DNA from: an uncultured Syntrophobacteraceae bacterium
GTDB lineage: Bacteria; Desulfobacterota; Binatia; UBA9968
Direction: 5' to 3'
NCBI GenBank assembly: GCA_964572145.1
Contig: CAZNES010000011.1
Location: forward strand, 8,687 to 72,686
Length of the DNA stretch: 64,000 nt
The notes beneath the pieces were generated by a model. That model was not told the origin of the DNA, ran no database searches, and saw only the letters and a program-made list of their open reading frames with translations. Shown piece after piece: positions 47,706 through 59,183 of the stretch (the first letter of the stretch is position 1; every line of letters begins with the position of its first letter). The translations under genes were made by a program, and so were the position numbers.

Positions 47706-48320
47706 TCATTCCCGGCGCAGCGGGAGCTTGCCGTTCTCACGCATCACTCGCCATTCATCATCCCCGTTGTAGCTCAAGCGAACAACTCCGCCCGGCGCTA
47801 GATGATAGGTTCGGTACTGGTTAAGCGGAGTCCCGGTGATGTGGCAGATAACCGCCAGGATAGGAAAGTTGTGACTGACGACAACGAGGGTCTCTTCCGC
47901 ACGATGGCGTCGGACGATCCGGCGCATGCCGTCCCATGCCCGCTGCTCGACGTCGATCAATCTCTCGCCGCCGGGAATATCGGCGTCCGCGGGCGTCTCT
48001 CGCCACCGGCGAAGAAAATCGGGACGGGTCGCCTGAATCTCCGCAAAGGTGAGGCCCTCGATCTCGCCGTGATCGAGCTCGCGCAGGCTTTCTTCGATGG
48101 TGACGGCGAGGTTATGGAAGCGGCCGACGGCGCCGGCGGTCTGGAGCGCCCGTTTGAGCTGGCTCGAATAAATCGCGTCGATTTTCTCGCGGCTCAAGTC
48201 CAGCGCCGCGGCCTCCGCCTGCCTCAGCCCGACTTCGTTGAGCTCCAGGTCGGTCGATCCCTGGCATCTCTGCGCCAGATTCCAGTCGGTGGCCCCGTGC
48301 CGCAGCAAAAAAATCCGCAT
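47706..48320 (-). CDS. histidine-phosphatase (phosphoglycerate-mutase-like / CobC-like) family protein
   Basis: MRIFLLRHGATDWN is the RHG catalytic motif. 204 aa. Confidence 0.8.
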   Translation of the reverse strand: MRIFLLRHGATDWNLAQRCQGSTDLELNEVGLRQAEAAALDLSREKIDAIYSSQLKRALQTAGAVGRFHNLAVTIEESLRELDHGEIEGLTFAEIQATRPDFLRRWRETPADADIPGGERLIDVEQRAWDGMRRIVRRHRAEETLVVVSHNFPILAVICHITGTPLNQYRTYHLAPGGVVRLSYNGDDEWRVMRENGKLPLRRE

Positions 48321-48391
48321 AATTGGTGCGCCGCGAATCTCCGGATTTGAGATCTGAAATTTTAGATCTGAGATTCGTCGCTCCGCGACGA

Positions 48392-50302
48392 CTAGCTTTC
48401 CTCCAGGACACGTGGCTCGACTTCGACGCGCCCTTTGGCCTTCAGGCTATCGATAAACTTTTTCATCGCGGCTTGCTTTTTTCCCTGAAGGGCCTGCCCT
48501 AGAAGGCCCGCCTTGTCTCGATCGAACCGCGTCATGTCCGCTCCCTGGCTCTCTTTAAACGCAAAAAGATAGACGCTGTCGTTTTGCGCGTAAGGCCGGT
48601 CGGCCACGAGATGATAGGTGGAAATCGCGATCTCCCCCGGCCGGGCGTCTTGCAGCGCGCCGACTTTGGGAATCTCCGCGTCGCCGCGCATAAACCAGCC
48701 GGTCTCGCCGGCCTGAAGCCCGTTTGCTTTGGCAACCTTCTGGATGTCTTTTTCCTTCTTCAGTTGATCGAGCAGCGTCTGCGCCTTTTTGTTCACCAGC
48801 TCCAGCGCCTTGGCTTCCTTGACTCTTCTCTCGATCTCCGCGCGCACGCTCTCCAGAGGAGGAACCACCGGCTCTTTCCTCTGGCCGACGCGCAAAAGAT
48901 AATAGCCGTTCGCGCCCTCGATAGCCGGGCTCACCTCTTTGACGGCCAAAGAAAAAGCAGCGCGGCGAAATATTTCCATCGGCGCGATTTCCGGGAAAGT
49001 TTCGGAAGGACCGAACAGCGGAGTCGTTTTAACCGCGAGGCCCCGTTGCTTGGCAAGCGCGGCGAGCTCGGTCCCGGAGGCCGCCCTCTCGCGGTCGGCG
49101 TCGGCCGCTCGGGCGGCCTCTCCTTTTCCCCGCTCGGCTTTGACGGCGCGCACGATCTCCGGCGTCGCCTCTTTGAGGCTCGTGCTTTTCTCCTGCTTCA
49201 CGTCATCGACTTTGAAGACGTGATAGCCCAACGGACTCTCAAGGACGCCGCTCACCTCTCCTTTTTTGAGCGCGAACGCGGCTTTATCCAAGGCCGGGAG
49301 CAACTGGCCCGGACTCACCCACCCGAGCTCTCCGCCCTTGGCCGCGCTCGGGTCGTCGGAATATTTTTTCGCCACCTCGGCAAAATCTTTTCCGGCGCGC
49401 GATTCCTTGAGCGCCGCCTCGGCCTTGGCTCGCGCGGCGGCCTTGACCGCGCCGTCCGCGTCGGCGGACGCGCGCGCGAAAACGTGGCGCAGACGAACCG
49501 CCTGCGGCTGTTGAAACCGCGTGGCGCGGTTGCGGTTGTAGTACTCCTCGATCTCTTTTTCGCTCGGCTGGACCTTGGCGGCGAAATGCTCGAAGGGATA
49601 GACGACATACTCGACCTGGACTTTGAGCGGCTCGGTGAGCGCGGCCTTGTTGCGGTCGTAGTAATTTTTGAGTTCCTCTTCCGAAGCACTCGCCTGAGCC
49701 AGAAAGTCGCCCGCCGGGAGGCGGATAAAATGGAACGAGACTTTTTCCTGCGCAAAGCCGTACTGCTCGCGCACTTCATTCTCCGAGACATGGACCGCGT
49801 CCTGGATCAGGTCGTAGAGCTTCTGGACCGCAAGCTGCTCTCTCCGCTCCTCCTCGAACTCGCCCGGATTCATCCGATTGGAGCGCAGCAACTGGAGATA
49901 GCGGTTCTTGCTGAAGCGGCCGTCGATCTGGAACTCGGGGACGCGGGCGATCGCGTCCATGAGCTCTCCATCGGTCACTTCGAGTCCGAGCCTGCGGACT
50001 TCTTGCAGCAGCAGGCGCCGCTGAATCAAGTCCTCCATCACCGCATTTTTAAGTTTCAAATTTTTAAGCCGCTCCGGCGTTAACTCGCCCTTGAGGAGGT
50101 TGCGATACATATCGACCGCCTTTTGATACTGGACGCCGAATTCTCTCTGGCTGATGACTTCGCCGTTGATTTCGGCGACCTTCTCCGTCCCGGGCTCGTG
50201 AATGTACCGGCCTCCATAGAACAGGACGAAGACGACGACGATGAGCCCAAGGAGAAGCATGACCACCCAGGACCTCTTCCGTTTACGCAAAACATCGAGC
50301 AT
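48392..50302 (-). CDS. ppiD: periplasmic chaperone / peptidyl-prolyl isomerase PpiD-like
   Basis: An N-terminal TM anchor, a SurA-N-like domain and a parvulin PPIase block (GELGWVSPGQL...GYHVFKV). The start is taken at MLDVLRKRKR. Confidence 0.75.
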   Translation of the reverse strand: MLDVLRKRKRSWVVMLLLGLIVVVFVLFYGGRYIHEPGTEKVAEINGEVISQREFGVQYQKAVDMYRNLLKGELTPERLKNLKLKNAVMEDLIQRRLLLQEVRRLGLEVTDGELMDAIARVPEFQIDGRFSKNRYLQLLRSNRMNPGEFEEERREQLAVQKLYDLIQDAVHVSENEVREQYGFAQEKVSFHFIRLPAGDFLAQASASEEELKNYYDRNKAALTEPLKVQVEYVVYPFEHFAAKVQPSEKEIEEYYNRNRATRFQQPQAVRLRHVFARASADADGAVKAAARAKAEAALKESRAGKDFAEVAKKYSDDPSAAKGGELGWVSPGQLLPALDKAAFALKKGEVSGVLESPLGYHVFKVDDVKQEKSTSLKEATPEIVRAVKAERGKGEAARAADADRERAASGTELAALAKQRGLAVKTTPLFGPSETFPEIAPMEIFRRAAFSLAVKEVSPAIEGANGYYLLRVGQRKEPVVPPLESVRAEIERRVKEAKALELVNKKAQTLLDQLKKEKDIQKVAKANGLQAGETGWFMRGDAEIPKVGALQDARPGEIAISTYHLVADRPYAQNDSVYLFAFKESQGADMTRFDRDKAGLLGQALQGKKQAAMKKFIDSLKAKGRVEVEPRVLEES

Positions 50303-50356
50303 AAAATAGAATCCTTTTGATAAAACGGTAGCGGAATGGAAACCCTTGTATGATAG

Positions 50357-51538
<1,182 letters not shown>

Positions 51539-51545
51539 GAGTTCC

Positions 51546-52373
51546 ATGATTTCTTTCGTTCGCCGCAATCAGGTGCTGCTCAGCGCCTTTCTCTCCGTCC
51601 TCTTCTCTCTCTACATCATCGCACCGGCCGCCAAAGGACACCTTCGAGCCGACCCCATCGGGCCGCTGCTGATCACCGCGATGCGTCCGTTTCAGTCGGG
51701 CATTCAAATGACGATCTCGGGCATCCGGCAGGTGTTCCTCAACTACGCCGCTCTGCGAGGCCTCACCGTGGAGAATGCAAAGCTCAAGGGGCGCATCCAG
51801 GAGCTCGAAGCCGAGCGGAACCGGCATTTGGAAGACGAGTCGATCAACCGGCGTCTGCGCGAGTTGATGGACTTTCGCCTTGAGCTGCCATCGGGCGCCG
51901 TAACCGCCTCGGTGATCAGTAACAGCGCCAGCACGTGGTTCAACATTCTGATCCTGGATAAAGGGAAAAAAGACGGAGTGGAAAAAGGCATGGGGGCGGT
52001 GTCTCCCCTGGGCGTGGTGGGACAAGTGGTTTCGGTCACGTCGAGAAGCGCCAAGGTCCTGTTGATTACCGACTCTCACAGCGGAGTCGACGCGGTCGTG
52101 CAGCGAAGCCGGGCGCGCGGCATCGTCGCCGGGTCGCTGGAGAGCGGTCCGATCATGAAATACGTGAAGCGAAGCGACGACCTCAAGGAAGGCGACCGGC
52201 TCGTCACGTCGGGGCTCGACGGAGTTTTCCCCAAGGGCTTGCTGATCGGCGCCGTGTCGAAGGTCAACAAAAAAAGCTTCGGCCTGTTTCAATACGTCGA
52301 AGTGACTCTCGCCGTAGACCCGGCGCGCATCGAAGAGGTTCTGGTAGTCCAGGGAGCGCAGGCGAAGGATTGA
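51546..52373 (+). CDS. mreC: rod-shape-determining protein MreC
   Basis: 275 aa. An N-terminal TM segment, a coiled coil and a beta domain, in the conserved mreBCD order. Confidence 0.85.
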   Translation: MISFVRRNQVLLSAFLSVLFSLYIIAPAAKGHLRADPIGPLLITAMRPFQSGIQMTISGIRQVFLNYAALRGLTVENAKLKGRIQELEAERNRHLEDESINRRLRELMDFRLELPSGAVTASVISNSASTWFNILILDKGKKDGVEKGMGAVSPLGVVGQVVSVTSRSAKVLLITDSHSGVDAVVQRSRARGIVAGSLESGPIMKYVKRSDDLKEGDRLVTSGLDGVFPKGLLIGAVSKVNKKSFGLFQYVEVTLAVDPARIEEVLVVQGAQAKD

Positions 52374-52383
52374 GCGCGGCGTT

Positions 52384-52896
52384 ATGAAAGTATCTCTGCT
52401 GTTTCTCGCCGTTGGATTCATTCTGGTTCTGTTGCAGACGACCCTGCTGCACCTGCTCCACCTGGGGCCTTTCGTGCCGGACTTAACTCTGGTTCTATGC
52501 GTCTACCTGGGACTCAATCACCCCACCGTCGGCGCTGTTGTCGGCGCGTTCATGCTGGGTTATTCTGTCGATGTGTTCTCCAGCCCAATCCTCGGTCTCA
52601 ACTGCCTTGCTATGTCGCTCGTCTTTCTCACCGCCTATCTCAGCTCGCGCAGCATCTGGATCCATAGCCCGCTCATGAGCGCGCCCGTGGTCTTTCTCGC
52701 CTCCTGGGTCAAAGGGGCGGCGTTGATGATGGTCTGGACGCTCTTTCTCACGATGGACGGCCTCGGAATCGGCGGTCTGAAATACGCCTTTCTCGACGCC
52801 CTGCTCGCAGCGGTTCTCGCGCCGGCGATGTTCGCCCTGCTGCGACGCGGCCAGAGTTACATCGAAAGCAAGCAAGCCTCGGTGGAGGGTTCATGA
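52384..52896 (+). CDS. mreD: rod-shape-determining protein MreD
   Basis: 170 aa polytopic membrane protein following mreC. Confidence 0.8.
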   Translation: MKVSLLFLAVGFILVLLQTTLLHLLHLGPFVPDLTLVLCVYLGLNHPTVGAVVGAFMLGYSVDVFSSPILGLNCLAMSLVFLTAYLSSRSIWIHSPLMSAPVVFLASWVKGAALMMVWTLFLTMDGLGIGGLKYAFLDALLAAVLAPAMFALLRRGQSYIESKQASVEGS

Positions 52897-54773
52897 TTTC
52901 CTTAAGCTCTCAGAAAGAGGTGCCGCCGGAGTTTCGCTATCGCACGCAGCTTCTGCTCGCCCTGGTGGCGGTGGTTTTCATTTTTCTCTTCGGCCGCCTC
53001 TTCTTTCTCCAGGTCGTCGATGGCGAGCGCTACAACTATCTTTCCGAGAATAACCGCATCCGGCTCAAAAAAGTTCCGGGCACGCGGGGAATGGTCCTCG
53101 ACCAACGCGGACAGCTTCTGGTCGACAGCCGCCCTTCTTTCGATCTTCTTTTCGTTCCCGAAGACGCGCCGGATCCGGAAAACACGCTTCGTCAGTTGGC
53201 CCGTCTTTTAGGACGCGACCAGGCCGAGCTGCTGAAAGCGCTCCAGGAAAATAAATTTCGCGTGGCGTTCGAGGAAATCGTGCTTGGAAAGGATATCGAT
53301 TGGACCTCGATGGTGGCCGTAGAATCGCATCAGCTCGATCTCCCGGGCGTCACGCTGAGAAGCCGCCCGCGGCGCAGCTACATCGAGAGCGGCATGGCGG
53401 CTCATCTATTGGGCTATTTGAGCGAGATCGGCCCCAAACAGCTCAAAATGCAGAAAGCCAACGGCTACAGCATGGGCGATGAGATCGGACAGTTCGGCCT
53501 GGAGCGGCGCTGGGAAGAATTCCTGCGCGGGCAGAGCGGCGGGCAGCAGGTCGAAGTCGATGCCTTGGGGCGGCGCGTCCGAGTGCTGCACGAGGTGGAA
53601 GACGTTCCGGGAAACAACGTCGTCCTGACCCTCGACAAGGACGTTCAACAAACGGCGTTCGAAGCCTTGCAAGGAAAGGAAGGCGCCATCGTCGCGCTCG
53701 ACGTCAGCAACGGCGCCGTGCTCGCCATGGCCAGCACGCCCGCCTTCGATCCCAACGTATTCGCGCGCGGCGTCACGGCCGAAGAATGGCGCACGCTCAC
53801 GTCCGACCGCCTGCACCCGTTAAACAATCGTGCAATCCACGGCCAATATCCGCCGGGCTCGACATTTAAAATCGTCCTCAGCATCGCGGCTCTGGAAGAG
53901 GGCGCGGTCCAGCCGGATACCCATCTGTCGTGCTATGGCTCGATGCCTTTCGGCAATCGAGTGTTTCGCGATTGGAAAAAAGAAGGCCACGGCTCGGTCG
54001 ATTTTCGTAAAGGTCTGGTTCAGTCCTGCGACGTCTATTTTTACCAGGTCGGGCAGCGATTGGGCGTGGATAAAATCTCGCATTATGCGCGCGCGTTGGG
54101 ATTAGGAGAAAAAAGCGGCATCGACCTGGACGACGAGAAGCCCGGCCTGATACCCGACACCGAGTGGAAGAAGAAACGCTACGGACAGCCGTGGTTTCCC
54201 GGCGAGACGCCTTCGATCTCGATCGGTCAAGGCTACGTCACCGTAACGCCGCTGCAAATGGCGAACCTGGTCGCCACCGTAGCGAACGGCGGGACGCTTT
54301 ACCGGCCCTGGTTCGTGCGCAAAGTGGAGTCCCTGGACGGCACGGTCATCCGCGAGTACGGACCGGAAGTGATTCACTCGATCGAGCTCAAAGAAACCAC
54401 CTTGGAACAAGTGCGCCGCGCGCTCTCCGACGTGGTGAACAGCGGAGAAGGAACCGGCGGAGCGGCGAAGTCGCTGATCACGCAGATTGCGGGAAAAACC
54501 GGAACGGCTCAGGTCGCCGAAATGCGCGGCAAGATCGTCAAGAGCGAGGACCTCTCCTATCTCTTGCGCGACCACGCCTGGTTCGTCTCGTACGCGCCCG
54601 CGGAAAAGCCCGAAATCGCCGTCGCGGTCATCGTGGAGCACGGCGGCCACGGCGGCTCGGCCGCGGCGCCGCTGGCGAAAAAGGTGATCGAGAAATATCT
54701 CTCGGTGCGCGGCCAGACGCCGCCGGCGCGCGAAACGCTCGCCCGCGGGCAAGGAGCGACGCGTGCCAATTGA
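52893..54773 (+). CDS. mrdA: penicillin-binding protein 2 (peptidoglycan D,D-transpeptidase)
   Basis: 626 aa. The STFK active-site motif (GSTFK), SxN and KTG. ATGA overlap with mreD. Confidence 0.9.
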   Translation: MISLSSQKEVPPEFRYRTQLLLALVAVVFIFLFGRLFFLQVVDGERYNYLSENNRIRLKKVPGTRGMVLDQRGQLLVDSRPSFDLLFVPEDAPDPENTLRQLARLLGRDQAELLKALQENKFRVAFEEIVLGKDIDWTSMVAVESHQLDLPGVTLRSRPRRSYIESGMAAHLLGYLSEIGPKQLKMQKANGYSMGDEIGQFGLERRWEEFLRGQSGGQQVEVDALGRRVRVLHEVEDVPGNNVVLTLDKDVQQTAFEALQGKEGAIVALDVSNGAVLAMASTPAFDPNVFARGVTAEEWRTLTSDRLHPLNNRAIHGQYPPGSTFKIVLSIAALEEGAVQPDTHLSCYGSMPFGNRVFRDWKKEGHGSVDFRKGLVQSCDVYFYQVGQRLGVDKISHYARALGLGEKSGIDLDDEKPGLIPDTEWKKKRYGQPWFPGETPSISIGQGYVTVTPLQMANLVATVANGGTLYRPWFVRKVESLDGTVIREYGPEVIHSIELKETTLEQVRRALSDVVNSGEGTGGAAKSLITQIAGKTGTAQVAEMRGKIVKSEDLSYLLRDHAWFVSYAPAEKPEIAVAVIVEHGGHGGSAAAPLAKKVIEKYLSVRGQTPPARETLARGQGATRAN

Positions 54774-55866
54774 TCGCAGGCTCGTCTCCCACTTCGACTG
54801 GACGCTGCTCGGCCTCGTCGTCGGACTCATCCTGCTCGGAATTCTAACGATCTACAGCGCAACCTACAGCGTCAGCGAGCACCGCGCGAGCGGCCTGGCC
54901 TCAAAACAGTTTTACTGGTTTCTCATCGGCGTCGCCGCCATGGTGGGCGCCTCGGCGTTCGATTATCACCGCGTGGACCGCATCGCCTATCCTTTTTACG
55001 GCGCGGTCCTGCTGCTGCTCGCGCTGGTTTTTATGACCGGGCACTCGGGTGGAGGGTCCCAGCGCTGGCTGCACCTGGGAGTTTTTACCCTGCAACCCTC
55101 GGAGTTGGCGAAGCTCGCCATCGTTCTGGCGCTGACGAAGTTTTTGCAGTACGACGAGCCGCCCGGCGGCTATCGCCTGCGGGATTTATGGATGCCGTTT
55201 GGGTTGGCGCTGCCGCTGATCGTCCTGACGCTGATCCAGCCCGACCTCGGCACGGCGGTGATTCTGGTCGTCGTCTTTTTCAGCATGATCCTCATGGGGG
55301 GTCTACGGGTGCGCTCGCTCCTCTGTCTCGGCGCCGGCGGCTTGACCTTACTGCCCATCGCCTACCATTTTCTCAAACCGTACCAGCGCAACCGTATCTG
55401 GACGTTTCTCAATCCCGATCTCGATCCGCTGGGCGCGGGCTACCACGTCATACAATCGAAGATCGCCGTCGGCTCGGGCCGCTTCTGGGGCAAGGGTTTT
55501 CTGAATGGAACACAGAACCGGCTCGACTTTCTCCCGGCGCAGCATACGGACTTTATCTTCGCAGTGTTCGCGGAGGAATGGGGCTTTATCGGTTGTCTGA
55601 TTCTGCTCGCGCTCTACCTGGCGCTGATGATCGTCGCGCTGCGAGTCGTATCGCGCGCCAAAGACCGCATCGGCGCGCTGCTCGCCTTCGGCGTGCTGAG
55701 TATTTTTTTCTGGCACGTCGTGATCAACGTCTCGATGGTGACCGGGCTCATGCCCGTGGTGGGAATCCCGCTGCCGCTCCTCAGCTACGGCGGCTCATCG
55801 ATGGTCTCGATGATGGTGGCGATGGGCCTCTTGATCAACGTGAGCATGCGCCGCTTCACGTTTTAG
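54763..55866 (+). CDS. rodA: peptidoglycan glycosyltransferase RodA (SEDS family)
   Basis: 367 aa. The FtsW/RodA/SpoVE signature blocks. It follows mrdA. Confidence 0.9.
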   Translation: MPIDRRLVSHFDWTLLGLVVGLILLGILTIYSATYSVSEHRASGLASKQFYWFLIGVAAMVGASAFDYHRVDRIAYPFYGAVLLLLALVFMTGHSGGGSQRWLHLGVFTLQPSELAKLAIVLALTKFLQYDEPPGGYRLRDLWMPFGLALPLIVLTLIQPDLGTAVILVVVFFSMILMGGLRVRSLLCLGAGGLTLLPIAYHFLKPYQRNRIWTFLNPDLDPLGAGYHVIQSKIAVGSGRFWGKGFLNGTQNRLDFLPAQHTDFIFAVFAEEWGFIGCLILLALYLALMIVALRVVSRAKDRIGALLAFGVLSIFFWHVVINVSMVTGLMPVVGIPLPLLSYGGSSMVSMMVAMGLLINVSMRRFTF

Positions 55867-55871
55867 AGAAT

Positions 55872-55899
55872 GTAGGGGCGACCGGCCGGTCGCCCCTAC
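55872..55899. terminator. perfect 28-nt palindrome between the convergent rodA and trxA (bidirectional terminator-like hairpin)
   Basis: GTAGGGGCGACCGGCCGGTCGCCCCTAC. A T-rich stretch follows on the + strand. Confidence 0.5.
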
Positions 55900-55917
55900 C
55901 ATTGTCTTTCGCCTTCT

Positions 55918-56244
55918 TTACCCAATCACATTTCCGATCGCCTGGACGAGCTTCGCCTTGGGGACGGCGCCGACGAGCTGTTCCTTTACCGTGCCGCCTT
56001 TAAGGATGAGCAGGTTGGGAATTCCGCGCACGCCGTAGCGCGACGGCGTGACGGGATTGTCGTCCACGTTGAGCTTGGCGACCTTGAGCTTGCCGTCGTA
56101 CTCCCCTGCCAATTCTTCGACGATGGGCGCGATGGCTTTGCACGGCCCGCACCACGGCGCCCAAAAATCCACCAGCACGGGCAAGTTCGACTTGAGCACT
56201 TCCGCCTCGAAGTTCGCATCGGTTAGTTGTGTAATATTCGCCAT
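55918..56244 (-). CDS. trxA: thioredoxin
   Basis: 108 aa. The WAPWCGPCK active site. Confidence 0.95.
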   Translation of the reverse strand: MANITQLTDANFEAEVLKSNLPVLVDFWAPWCGPCKAIAPIVEELAGEYDGKLKVAKLNVDDNPVTPSRYGVRGIPNLLILKGGTVKEQLVGAVPKAKLVQAIGNVIG

Positions 56245-56289
56245 GATGATTCCTTTCTTTGAATTTCACCGTTAAACATTCTCTCCGTC

Positions 56290-56470
56290 GGGCGCCTTCT
56301 CCCTTCGCGCCTCTTCCTTCGTTTGCTTCGTGTCAGCCTGAGGCTGATCAGCCTCTCTTTTTGGCCGATCCTTCGTGGTCGAAAAGTTTATCACCACAAA
56401 GAGCACGAAGGTCACGAAGTTTTGAACGCCTCGCGCCAAGACGCAAAGAATGCATTCCTCATCTACAGTG
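56290..56470. repeat. MITE-like repeat, copy A (palindromic core TCAGCCTGAGGCTGATCAGCCTC with CTTCGTG/CACGAAG arms)
   Basis: About 90 nt are near-identical to 63040-63130. The arm motifs are shared with 58862-59183. Confidence 0.6.
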
Positions 56471-56638
56471 TGTCACGATCTTTCCTCGGACATGAATCAT
56501 GCAGGCTAGGAGCGTGTCCGAGTAATCCAAAAATCGCCGGTTTAGGGGGTAGGAAAACCATTCCCGAACCGCCGTTCGTTGATCCTGGGGCATTCTACGA
56601 GGTCGAGTTTTGACGAAAGACATTACACGGACAGGCTC

Positions 56639-58117
56639 CTAGAGGCTTGATAAGAACCGAAGCAACGTACGCACGCCGAAGCCGGTGCCGCCCTTGGGAG
56701 AAGTGAGCATTTCCTTCTCCGCGAACGCCGGGCCGGCGATATCGAGATGCGCCCACGGCACGCTATCGACAAACTCTTGGAGAAGGAGGGCCGCGGTGAT
56801 CGCGCCGCCATAGGACCCGCCGATATTTTTCATGTCCGCAACGCTGCTTTTGATCTCGTCGCGATATTCTTTGACTAGAGGAAGCTGCCAGAGCTTCTCG
56901 CCGGATTCCTTGCCCGAGCGGATTAGAGCGTCCGCGAGCGGCTGATGGTTGCTGAACACTCCGGCGACTTCCGTGCCCAACGCGACCATGCAGGCGCCGG
57001 TGAGCGTGGCGAGGTTGATCATGTAGTCGGGTTTTTGTTTGGCGGCCAGCGCCAGGGCGTCGGCGAGAATCAATCTCCCCTCGGCGTCGGTGTTGAGCAC
57101 CTCGATCGTCTTGCCGTTCAGATAACGGATGATATCGCCCGGCTTTTGCGCACTGCCGCTCGGCAAATTATCGGTGGTCGGAATATAGCCGGTCACCTGG
57201 ACCGGCAGCCTAAGCTCGGGCAACCGGCTCATGGCGCCGATGATCGCCGCGCCGCCCGCCATATCGAGCTTCATGGTTTCCATCGATTTGGACGGCTTCA
57301 ACGACAGTCCGCCGGAGTCGAAGGTAATCCCCTTGCCGATGAGGGCGATTTTTTTCTTCGCTCTCGCCGCGGGGCGATAGCGAATCACGATAAAGCGCGG
57401 CTCTTCCGTGCTGCCGCGATTGACCGCCAGAAGTCCGGCCAGATTCATCGCCGCGATTTTCCTCTTGTTCCACACCTCGACGCTGAGGCCGCGGCCGCGG
57501 CAATGGCGCTGCGCCTGCTCGCCCAGATAACGCGCGGTGGCGATCGACGGCGGCTCGTTCACGAGATCGCGCGCCAGCGACACGCCGGGAAAGATGTCGA
57601 GCGCGAGCTTGACCGCGCGCGCGATGCCTTCGCCTCTCCTGAGGCCGGAACGAAACAGAATCAACGACCGGAGCGCGGCGGGCGGCTTGGGCTCCGACCG
57701 ATACTTGTCGAACTGATAGGAAGCCAGCAAAACACCCTCGACGATCGAGCCGGCGGAGGACTCCGGCTCCCGGTCGGGAGAAAAGAAAAACGCCATCTCC
57801 TCGGCGCCGAGCGCCGAAGTTTCTTTGCGCGCGCGCGCGCCGGCTTTTCTCCAGGAGTCGGCGGTCACTTCTTCGGCTTTGCCGAGTCCGATCAGGACGA
57901 GATTTGCCGCCGGAATTCTGCCCGCGGTGCCGTAAACGAGCGCGCTTGCATCGGCGCCCGTGAACCGGCTTTTCCTGATGCGCTCGCCGAGCCCGCCGTG
58001 AAGCAGACGATCCAGCCGCCGGATCACGGGCGCGTCGATCTGTTTCTCTTTGACCGGAATAGCCAACAGTTCGGTTTTGATCCGCTCCGGATGTTGATCT
58101 TGAAATTTTATTTCCAT
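56639..58117 (-). CDS. pepA: leucyl aminopeptidase (M17)
   Basis: 492 aa. The M17 catalytic-domain motifs (NTDAEGRL, GGAIIGA..). Confidence 0.9.
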   Translation of the reverse strand: MEIKFQDQHPERIKTELLAIPVKEKQIDAPVIRRLDRLLHGGLGERIRKSRFTGADASALVYGTAGRIPAANLVLIGLGKAEEVTADSWRKAGARARKETSALGAEEMAFFFSPDREPESSAGSIVEGVLLASYQFDKYRSEPKPPAALRSLILFRSGLRRGEGIARAVKLALDIFPGVSLARDLVNEPPSIATARYLGEQAQRHCRGRGLSVEVWNKRKIAAMNLAGLLAVNRGSTEEPRFIVIRYRPAARAKKKIALIGKGITFDSGGLSLKPSKSMETMKLDMAGGAAIIGAMSRLPELRLPVQVTGYIPTTDNLPSGSAQKPGDIIRYLNGKTIEVLNTDAEGRLILADALALAAKQKPDYMINLATLTGACMVALGTEVAGVFSNHQPLADALIRSGKESGEKLWQLPLVKEYRDEIKSSVADMKNIGGSYGGAITAALLLQEFVDSVPWAHLDIAGPAFAEKEMLTSPKGGTGFGVRTLLRFLSSL

Positions 58118-58133
58118 CCCCTGACCTCTTTCC

Positions 58134-58694
58134 CTACCCCTGCGGGCGAATCAAATTCATGAACTCGTTGCGCGTCTCCTGGCGGGTGCGGAAGGCGCCG
58201 AGCAGTGTGCTGGTGATGATCAAGGAATTCTGCTTTTCCACGCCGCGCATTCTCATGCAGAGGTGCTCCGCCTCAATGACGACTCCCACTCCGAGCGGGT
58301 TGAGCTTTTCCATCAACGTTGTGGCGATCTGATTGGTCAGCCGCTCCTGCACTTGGAGTCTGCGGGCGAACACGTCGACGACGCGCGCGAGCTTGGAAAC
58401 GCCGATGATCTTGTGCTGCGGGAGGTAAGCCACGTGCGCCTTGCCAAAGAACGGCAGCAAATGGTGTTCGCAGAGGGAATAAAAATCGATGTTCTTCTGG
58501 ACGATCATCTCCGAGTAATCTTCGGTGAAAACGGCGTTGTTGATCACCTCGTCCAGGTTCATTTTGTAACCACGCGTCAGAAATGAAAGCGCTTCGCTTA
58601 CGCGCTTGGGCGTCCAGCGCAATCCTTCGCGATCGGGATCTTCGCCTATCGATTTAAGGAGCGAGCGGATGTGTTCTTCCATTGGCTTCTCCAC
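58134..58694 (-). CDS. folE: GTP cyclohydrolase I
   Basis: 186 aa. The CEHHLLPF zinc-site motif. Confidence 0.92.
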   Translation of the reverse strand: MEKPMEEHIRSLLKSIGEDPDREGLRWTPKRVSEALSFLTRGYKMNLDEVINNAVFTEDYSEMIVQKNIDFYSLCEHHLLPFFGKAHVAYLPQHKIIGVSKLARVVDVFARRLQVQERLTNQIATTLMEKLNPLGVGVVIEAEHLCMRMRGVEKQNSLIITSTLLGAFRTRQETRNEFMNLIRPQG

Positions 58695-58861
58695 GGAGTC
58701 TGAGTTAGTGGAACGCGATCGAAAAGTTTTCGGCGGCGCTGAAAAAAGTTATCACTTCGACCGAGGGAGGTCAAACAAAGCAGTACGCAAAGCAGTACGC
58801 AGTAAGCAGTAGGCGGTAAAGACCCGAAGATTTCTTTGCTGCTTACTGCTGACTGCCTTCT

Positions 58862-59183
58862 GCCTACTAGTGTAGTGTCTCACGCCGTTGACACCTTATC
58901 CTAAGTTCGACAGGCGAAGTGGAGTCTGCCACCACGAAGGACACGAAGAGCACGAAGGAAGATAAAATCATGCTTGGCGGCCTTTGCGCCTTTGCGCGAA
59001 ACAATCCGAGACGAACCGGTGCGCCAAGCGCACCCTACGAAAACCTTCGTGTCCTTCGTGCCTTCGTGGTGAATCCTACTTTTCTCATTTTGGTTGCGGC
59101 TTTGCCACGCTGTGCGCTTCGTGGTGAATAGAGAAAGCTTGAAGGATAAGTGCTTTAATTTAAGAGGCGCTACACTAGAGTCT
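58862..59183. repeat. MITE-like element with terminal inverted repeats (ACTAGTGTAG / CTACACTAGAG) and internal long inverted arms of CACGAAG repeats
   Basis: Outer TIRs at ~58866-58876 and ~59170-59181. Inner arms ACCACGAAGGACACGAAGAGCACGAAGG (58931-58959) and CCTTCGTGTCCTTCGTGCCTTCGTGGTG (59052-59079). A CTTTGCGCCTTTGCGCG block resembles the copy C block at 63180-63215. Confidence 0.55.

Noticed and set aside
56323-56613. ORF 56323-56613, ORF 62882-63367 and the N-terminal 31 aa of ORF 62177-63103, which share the peptide RVSLRLISLSFW.
   Set aside because: The shared peptide is simply the translation of the repeated MITE-like element. The ORFs are artefacts of the repeat.
58919-59131. 70-aa ORF inside the inverted-repeat element between folE and ccdA.
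   Set aside because: It lies entirely within hairpin-forming repeat arms and has low-complexity composition. It is more likely structural DNA or RNA than coding.
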